Translations under genes and position numbers: made by a program | Shown: piece by piece, positions 27,839 to 33,562 of the stretch | Layout: the number at the start of each line of letters is the position of its first letter | Position numbering within the stretch: the stretch's first letter is position 1 | Source of the DNA: Chthoniobacteraceae bacterium | Lineage (GTDB): Bacteria; Verrucomicrobiota; Verrucomicrobiia; Chthoniobacterales; Chthoniobacteraceae | Assembly (NCBI GenBank): GCA_031409335.1 | Contig: JANNWY010000107.1 | Coordinates: 1-33,562, forward strand | Reading direction: 5' to 3' | DNA: 33,562 nt | The notes under the pieces: model-generated | Told to the model about the DNA's origin: nothing | What the model saw: only the letters and a program-made list of their open reading frames with translations | Databases searched by the model: none

Positions 27839-29749
27839 ATGACCTTCACTTCTCACAACCATCGCCTGTTTTGGCCTGTCGCGTGTTTTTGCACGCTCCT
27901 CACCGGCTGGGTGATCGGGTATTTGATGGATGACGGAGCGCCGTCGCGTTCCGGTGCGTTCGCAGGTTCCAGTATTGAGGCGCCATCGCCCGCGGCTCGG
28001 GCACGGGATTTTTCGCAAAGCCATCCGGAGCTTTCATCGGAAGTCCGCGACTCGATCGCTGGCGCGATGCGGGGCAATACCGAGATGCAACGCAATCACG
28101 ATTTCTATGAGGCGGTGAGCAAGATGACACCCGCGGAGGTTGCCGCAGCCATTGCCCGTGCTTCGAGCTTGTCGGTGCGGGATCGCGATGCGCTCCTGCC
28201 CATGCTCGTGGCGCGATGGGCGGAGACGGATCCCGCGGCGGCGGCGGCTTACGCGCTGGCTCTGCCGGAGACTATCACTCGCGGCGCGGCAGCGCGGGCG
28301 GCGCTGAGCGCATGGGCGGCGGCGGACCCTCTGGCGGCGATGGATTGGGTGGCGAAACTTCCTGGCGGGAAGATGCAGGAAAACGCCATCTACGGGCTCG
28401 CTGGTGCCATGGCGAAGAACGATGCGCCTGCCGCCTACCGCTACCTCTCGTCGCTCCCGCGCGACATTGTCAGCGACAATACTTACCTCGTCGTCTTCAA
28501 CGAACTCGTGAGCGCGAATCCCGCCGCCGCCGCTGCGCAGGCCATGACGCTGAGCCGCACGCCGGATCGCGATCGCGCGCTGCGACCGGTGGCGCAACGC
28601 TGGGCACTGATCGATCCGCAGGGCGCGATCGCCTGGGCGCAGTCCATCACCGACCCTGCGGCCCGCAGCACCGCACTCGGCTCGACGCTGACGACCTGGG
28701 CGACGCACGACGCGGCGGGCTTGTCCGCGTGGATCGGCACGCTCGCGTCCGGCGCGCAAAAGGATCACGCGATTTCCACCATCGCGAGCACGGTCGGCCA
28801 AGGCGACCTCGCTGCGGCGAGCGCGCTTATCGAGCAGATGTCCGCAGGCGCATTGCGAAATCAAACGATGCGCGATTTCATCGGGCAATGGGCCGTCAGC
28901 GATCCGCAATCGGCGGCCGGTTACGCCTTTGAGATGCCTCCCGGCGAGGCGCGCAACCAGGCCATCACCAACGCCACCTCACGCTGGGCGCGCAACGATC
29001 CGGCGGCCGCCCTCGCGTGGGCGCAGTCACTCCCGCCCGGCGATGCGCAACGCAGTTCGATCAATGAAGCCGCCTGGATGTGGGCGCAGAACGACCCGTC
29101 TGGAGCCGCGGCTTTCGCGCTGACTTTGGGGAAAAGCGGAGAGACCGGACTGCTTCCGCAAATCGCCCAGCATTGGGCCGGCACCGATCCCGCCGCTGCC
29201 ATCGCGTGGGGTCAGCGACTGCCTGCGGGTGCGGGCCGCGACAACTTTCTCGCGAGCGCCGTCACGCGCATGGCCGGCACCGATCCGCAAGCCGCCGCCG
29301 CCCAACTCAAGCTTCTGCCGCTCGCCCAACAACCCACAGCCGCAGGCCAGATCGCACGCGCCTGGGCAAAGAGCGACCCGTCCGCCGCCGCGCAGTGGGC
29401 GGCGAAATTGCCCGAGGAAAGCAACGTGCGCGGACACGCCTACGCGCAAATGCTCGAAGACTGGGTCGAAGGCGATCCCACCGCCGCCGGCACCTGGCTG
29501 CAGCGCCTCCCCGCCGGCCAATCACGCGACACCGCGGTGAGCACCTTCGCCCGCCGCGTGCGCGATACCGACCCGGTCAGCGCCGTCGAATGGGCAACCA
29601 CCATTGCCAATGAAGGCGAGCGCACCGCGAGCGTGGACACGGTCGTGCAGCACTGGCTCAGCACCGACCCGAACGCCGCGCGCAACTGGATCGCCTCCGC
29701 CCGTTCACTCACCGACGAGGCGCGGGCGCGCTATTTGGAAAAGAAGTGA
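27839..29749 (+). CDS. Membrane-anchored or secreted alpha-helical repeat protein (WxxxDPxxAxxW repeats)
   Basis: N-terminal hydrophobic segment, then more than a dozen repeats of W-x3-DP-x2-A-x2-W-x3-LP-x-G-x2-R. Confidence 0.82.
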   Translation: MTFTSHNHRLFWPVACFCTLLTGWVIGYLMDDGAPSRSGAFAGSSIEAPSPAARARDFSQSHPELSSEVRDSIAGAMRGNTEMQRNHDFYEAVSKMTPAEVAAAIARASSLSVRDRDALLPMLVARWAETDPAAAAAYALALPETITRGAAARAALSAWAAADPLAAMDWVAKLPGGKMQENAIYGLAGAMAKNDAPAAYRYLSSLPRDIVSDNTYLVVFNELVSANPAAAAAQAMTLSRTPDRDRALRPVAQRWALIDPQGAIAWAQSITDPAARSTALGSTLTTWATHDAAGLSAWIGTLASGAQKDHAISTIASTVGQGDLAAASALIEQMSAGALRNQTMRDFIGQWAVSDPQSAAGYAFEMPPGEARNQAITNATSRWARNDPAAALAWAQSLPPGDAQRSSINEAAWMWAQNDPSGAAAFALTLGKSGETGLLPQIAQHWAGTDPAAAIAWGQRLPAGAGRDNFLASAVTRMAGTDPQAAAAQLKLLPLAQQPTAAGQIARAWAKSDPSAAAQWAAKLPEESNVRGHAYAQMLEDWVEGDPTAAGTWLQRLPAGQSRDTAVSTFARRVRDTDPVSAVEWATTIANEGERTASVDTVVQHWLSTDPNAARNWIASARSLTDEARARYLEKK

Positions 29750-29776
29750 GTGGCGGCTTCGGCCCGGCGAGAATCG

Positions 29777-29798
29777 TGCACCACGTTTAATCACATCC
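29777..29798. repeat. Solo right end of the GGGTGTGATT MITE family
   Basis: TGCACCACGTTTAATCACATCC resembles 31393-31414 and is preceded by a GGCTTCGGCC hairpin remnant. Confidence 0.6.
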
Positions 29799-29849
29799 GG
29801 GAGCGCCCTCGGTGTAACATCCGGTTCGTTTTCGGTAAGAAAGGAGGAC

Positions 29850-30338
29850 ATGCTTGTCGCGCCGATGAATCCGCAATGCTCCACCGCACAATCGCCCGCG
29901 TTTCCCAACACGCGCTGGTCGGTCGTGCTCGCCGCCACGCAGCGCGAGACGCCGGGCGCGGCGGGAGCGCTGGATGAATTGCGCCGCGCGTATTGGTATC
30001 CGCTTTACGCGTTCGCGCGGCGCAGCGGGCACGCGGCGCATGATGCGCAGGATTTGACGCAGGAGTTTTTCGCGCGGTTGCTGGCGCATCGATGGCTCGC
30101 GGATGCGGATCGCGAGAAGGGAAAGCTGCGGACGTTTCTCATCGTGGCTTTCAAGAACTTCATGGCGAAGGAGTGGCGTCGCGCTTCGGCGGAAAAACGC
30201 GGTGGCGCGCAGGCGCCGCTGCAACTCGACACGGCGATCGCGGAGAGTCGCTACGCCGCGGATGCCGCGCCGGGGCACGCGGCGGATGCGGCGTTCGACC
30301 GGCAATGGGCGCTGACGCTTTTGAACCGCACGATCGTG
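29850..30338 (+). pseudogene. ECF sigma-70 factor truncated before region 4
   Basis: FPNTRWSVVLAA, YWYPLYAFARR, AQDLTQEFF and FDRQWALTLL. Homology ends at about 30338, where cassette A copy 2 begins. Confidence 0.85.
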
Positions 30339-30434
30339 GGGGCGATGGGGTCAGCGCGAGAATCTCGCTGTCCCGATCGCGATTCGCTTCGACAAGAAAA
30401 TTCCCTCCCGTGGCTTTGTCCCCGGTCACCAACA

Positions 30435-30830
30435 TCACATGGTTCGACTCCGGCCGTTTGGAGCCACCGAGAACTCCAGGCGCGAGCGGAAGAAGCACAC
30501 GTCGAATTCCATGAAAAAATTGGTCTGTCCAAGCACCAATGGCACTTCATCGGTGCGGCACCAGGCGAAGGCCAGCCGCACCGGCGCAAATTCGCCGACG
30601 CGGGCTTGAATGAGCAATGGCATCGCGGGAGTCCCCGCCAGGGCTCCGCCCAGTCGGATGGTGGTCCGCTGATCGTCCCACGTCGCGCGCAGTGTCTGAC
30701 CTGCACTCCAGGGCAGCACGTTCACGTCGGCCCCGCTGTCCAGGAGTCCTTCCACCACGAGGCTCTCGCCGCCGAGCGCCAGCGTCAGGGGCAGGAGCGG
30801 CTTTCCGGCGGGCGAATAGGCAAACTGCAT
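30435..30830 (-). CDS. Retropepsin-like aspartic protease-like protein (copy 2)
   Basis: DSG motif; few substitutions relative to 25405-25800. Confidence 0.75.
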   Translation of the reverse strand: MQFAYSPAGKPLLPLTLALGGESLVVEGLLDSGADVNVLPWSAGQTLRATWDDQRTTIRLGGALAGTPAMPLLIQARVGEFAPVRLAFAWCRTDEVPLVLGQTNFFMEFDVCFFRSRLEFSVAPNGRSRTM

Positions 30831-30834
30831 GGTG

Positions 30835-31062
30835 TCATGGCTGAGGTGCGGTATCGAGTTCCTGCATCAGCGCCGCCGCTGCACCGGCTTCAAACACGGG
30901 AGTCGCGAGGTGGTAGGTGCGTCCGTGTTCGAGGGGCGCAATGTCTGGCTCCAAGTCCAGGTCCTCGGCAAGGAAGCGAATGAGACGCAGTTTGTCCGCC
31001 GCGGGCAGTGCCCGGGCGTTGGGAAGGACTTCGGCAAGAGACATGGCGAAAGAATGTGTCAC
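30835..31062 (-). CDS. Small hypothetical protein (copy 2)
   Basis: Paralog of 25805-26032. Confidence 0.7.
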   Translation of the reverse strand: MTHSFAMSLAEVLPNARALPAADKLRLIRFLAEDLDLEPDIAPLEHGRTYHLATPVFEAGAAAALMQELDTAPQP

Positions 31063-31108
31063 AACGCTACCGCATCACCAATCCTTAACTGTGCCGAAGG
31101 GGAGAAAG

Positions 31109-31414
31109 GGGTGTGATTAAAAGTGGTGCAAAATCGGACGCTGGCAGTCTGTCCCGGAGGGACACGAGAAATTAGCCGGTGGTGAAGCGAGTCCGCGAGC
31201 GCAACCACCGGACCCTCACATAAAATGCAACCCGCCCCGGAGGGGCGATGGAAGCAAGCACGCGAGCGAATCCCATCGCCCCTCCGGGGCGGACTCGTTT
31301 TCTTCCAGAATCCCGGTGGTTCTCGCTCGCGGACTCGCTTTACCACCGGCTAATTTCTGCTGTCCCTCCGGGACAAAGAGCAGCGCAGCGTTTGCACCAC
31401 TTTTAGTTACACCC
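31109..31414. mobile_element. 306-bp MITE/REP composite foldback element
   Basis: 24-bp terminal IR GGGTGTGATTAAAAGTGGTGCAAA / TTTGCACCACTTTTAGTTACACCC (2 mismatches). Nested arms TGTCCCGGAGGGACA, AATTAGCCGGTGGT..GCGAGTCCGCGAGCG and CCGCCCCGGAGGGGCGATGG, each with its reverse complement. Confidence 0.85.
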
Positions 31415-31434
31415 TTAGGAGGACGATCTCATTC

Positions 31435-31457
31435 TGGACCCAACTTGAATCGCACCC
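31435..31457. repeat. Solo right end of the GGGTGTGATT MITE family
   Basis: TGGACCCAACTTGAATCGCACCC resembles TGGACCTGATTTGAATCACACCC ending at 7576. Confidence 0.6.
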
Positions 31458-31602
31458 CCATTTGCCTGTCCCGCCATCTCCTGGGAGCGACATTCGTGCG
31501 CCCATTCGCCATCGCCACGCAGGCCCGCCGACCAAATCACCCGCGCGAACGGGCACGGTGGAAAGCATTGATTGTCGAAAGCCGATGGGTCACGCCTGCC
31601 CC

Positions 31603-33207
31603 ATGCGATTCGCCTCTTTTCTCTCCCGGATTTTCACAGCGCTGCTGCCGCTGCTCCCGTCCGCCGCGACGCACGCAGACGATCCGCCGCCCGCACCTTC
31701 GATGATCGGGAGGCTGCCAGCCGGGAAGGTGCTCTTCCTCGGCAACAGCATCACGCTTCACGCGCCAAAGCCGGACATCGGCTGGACGGGAAATTGGGGC
31801 ATGGCGGCGAGCGCGGAGGAAAAGGATTACGTGCATTTGCTCACGGCGGACATCGCGAAGGCCGCGGGCGCAACGCCACGGACGCTGGTGCGGAATCTCG
31901 CCGGGTTTGAGCGCGAGTATGAAACGTTCGACCTCGCGACGGAACTGAAGGCGGAGCTGGAATTCCGCGCGGACATCGTGGTGCTCGCCATCGGCGAGAA
32001 CGTCCCGGAGCCGACGACGGACGAAGCGCGGGCAAAGTTCGCCGCTGCGTATGCGCGGCTGCTCGCAGCGCTCAAGGAGCACGGGCAACCGGCGATTTTT
32101 GTGCGCGGTTCGTTTTGGCCGAGCGCGGTGAAAGACGGGATCATGAGGAAGGCGGGCGCGGAAGCCGGGGCCGCGTTCGTGGACATCGCAGCGCTGGGTG
32201 CGGATGCGTCGAACGCCGCGAGTTCCGAGCGAAAGATCGGGCATCCCGGCGTGGCGGGACATCCCGGCGACAAAGGGATGCGCGCCATTGCGGACGCGAT
32301 TTTTGCGGCCCTCCAAAAGCGATCCGCAGTCGGGCGCGACGCCGTGCGCGTGCTTCTCCGCGGCGAAGCCGGGAGCGAACTCGCCCCGCACGGGAGCGGC
32401 AACGTCTATGCGCCCGAGGTGCATCGCGACGGCCAACGCTGGCTCATGTGGTATGGCGGGCAGGGCCGCGATGGACACGACCGCATTCATCTCGCGGATT
32501 CCACCGATGGCGCGCGATGGACGAAGCGCGGCGTGGTGCTCGATTGCGGCACGGCGAACCATGTGAACGACCCGTCGGTCGTGCGCGTCGGCGCGGTGTG
32601 GTGGATGTTCTACACCGTCGCGGAAAAGGGCGAACTCGACGAGATCGCGGCGGCGACTTCCACCGATGGTGTGAAATGGGAGAGGCGCGGGGTCGTGCTG
32701 AAGCGCGGCGAAGGCAGCGCGTGGGATTCGTGGAAAGTGGGCCGCCCTTCCGTGCTGCATGAAGGCGGTGTTTTTCGCATGTGGTTCGACGGCCAGACGA
32801 CGCCGGAAGCCGCGGCGGCGAACCCGATCTCAGCAGCGGTGAAGCGCGAAAGCCGCGCCGTCGGCTATGCGGAATCGCGGGATGGTTCCGCGTGGCAGCG
32901 CCGTCCCGAACCGGTCTTCCGCGAAGGCGCGGGAGCCGTTCACGTTTCCCGCGTCGGCGGGAGCCTCATTATGGTCATCGAGTCACACGCCGGAGTCCGC
33001 TGGGCTGACAGCCATGACGGGCTGACGTGGATTTCCCGCGGCCTCCTGCTTCCGCTGAGCGGCGGCGAAGACGATCGCTTTGGCCATGTCACACCGTTCC
33101 TGCACACGCAGGACGGTAAGGCCACGGTCTTCTTCGGCGCGGCAGCGCGGAAGACGTGGGACGGGAATGCAATCAGCGCCGCCCCGGTGCGATTGCCGAC
33201 CCGCTAG
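31603..33207 (+). CDS. Secreted SGNH/GDSL hydrolase fused to a five-bladed beta-propeller glycosidase-like domain
   Basis: Signal peptide, FLGNSITLH, AIGEN and GHPGDKGM. Then YAPEV, NDPSVV and GRPSVL blades with S-x-DG-x2-W repeats. Confidence 0.82.
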   Translation: MRFASFLSRIFTALLPLLPSAATHADDPPPAPSMIGRLPAGKVLFLGNSITLHAPKPDIGWTGNWGMAASAEEKDYVHLLTADIAKAAGATPRTLVRNLAGFEREYETFDLATELKAELEFRADIVVLAIGENVPEPTTDEARAKFAAAYARLLAALKEHGQPAIFVRGSFWPSAVKDGIMRKAGAEAGAAFVDIAALGADASNAASSERKIGHPGVAGHPGDKGMRAIADAIFAALQKRSAVGRDAVRVLLRGEAGSELAPHGSGNVYAPEVHRDGQRWLMWYGGQGRDGHDRIHLADSTDGARWTKRGVVLDCGTANHVNDPSVVRVGAVWWMFYTVAEKGELDEIAAATSTDGVKWERRGVVLKRGEGSAWDSWKVGRPSVLHEGGVFRMWFDGQTTPEAAAANPISAAVKRESRAVGYAESRDGSAWQRRPEPVFREGAGAVHVSRVGGSLIMVIESHAGVRWADSHDGLTWISRGLLLPLSGGEDDRFGHVTPFLHTQDGKATVFFGAAARKTWDGNAISAAPVRLPTR

Positions 33208-33398
33208 CCGCGGCTGCATCTTTCGCGATCTCGACGGCCTTCGCAGAATTGCCACCCATCCGAAAACCTCACGCCGAGAAATATGAGAGCGAACGGGCGT
33301 TGCTCACGATCCATTTACCTACGCGCCGCATTTCAAACTCTTCCGCCTCGCCACTCCGCTCCGTAACATCGGATTCGTTTTCGGTAAGAAAGGGGGAC

Positions 33399-33562
33399 AT
33401 GCTTATCGCGCCGATGAATCCGCATCCCTCCACCGCACAATCGCCCGCGTTTCCCAACACGCGCTGGTCGGTCGTGCTCGCCGCCACGCAGCGCGAGACG
33501 CCGGGCGCGGCGGGGGCGCTGGATGAATTGTGCCGCGCGTATTGGTATCCGCTTTACGCGTT
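33399..33562 (+). CDS. ECF sigma-70 factor, 5' part (runs off the window)
   Basis: Near-identical to 29850 onward, with LCRAYWYPLY. Start at 33399 or 33414. Confidence 0.8.
   Translation, partial: MLIAPMNPHPSTAQSPAFPNTRWSVVLAATQRETPGAAGALDELCRAYWYPLYA

Larger units (their letters stand above)
30339..31110. repeat. Duplicated cassette A, copy 2
   Basis: Aligns with 25288-26080 and includes the GGGGTC motif at 30347-30369. Confidence 0.95.

Noticed and set aside
25296..30369. Tn3-family terminal inverted repeats (GGGGTC start)
   Set aside because: All copies are in one orientation, similarity spans only 23 bp, and there is no Tn3 transposase or 5-bp target duplication.
29604..30983. 459 aa ORF as a genuine full-length protein
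   Set aside because: Chimera of an overlap with the repeat gene, the truncated sigma factor and antisense cassette sequence.
1..33562. tRNA, rRNA or riboswitch
   Set aside because: None recognised by eye. The intergenic hairpins are explained by repeat elements; an Infernal/Rfam scan would be needed to exclude them.

Overview
GC-rich bacterial chromosomal window. The gene families (DUF1592 c-type cytochrome protein, CotH/lamin-tail protein, 'FPxTRWSVV' ECF sigma factor, WxxxDP helical-repeat protein) suggest Verrucomicrobiota or another PVC bacterium (inference). Bases 1-25,000 are mostly housekeeping or metabolic genes (Gfo/Idh/MocA oxidoreductase, DUF4256, AIM24/TIGR00266, M20 dipeptidase, a sugar nucleotidyltransferase plus kinase/pyrophosphorylase pair, glnD, asd, L,D-transpeptidase, MPG glycosylase), interspersed with several distinct REP/MITE-like palindromic elements. 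The main finding is a REP-associated tyrosine transposase (HUH/Y1, RAYT-like) domain with its two flanking GTAG-type palindrome clusters (about 17,815-18,645) inserted in frame, without a stop of its own, inside the kinase/UDP-sugar pyrophosphorylase gene. Bases 25,200-33,562 form a plastic region: a diverged tandem duplication (two-gene protease cassette, SGNH hydrolase, ECF sigma), toxin-antitoxin modules (HicAB, ParDE/RelBE relic), and a 23-bp direct-repeat motif with stuttered leaders at cassette junctions. All calls come from reading the sequence and recognising motifs; no database searches were run.
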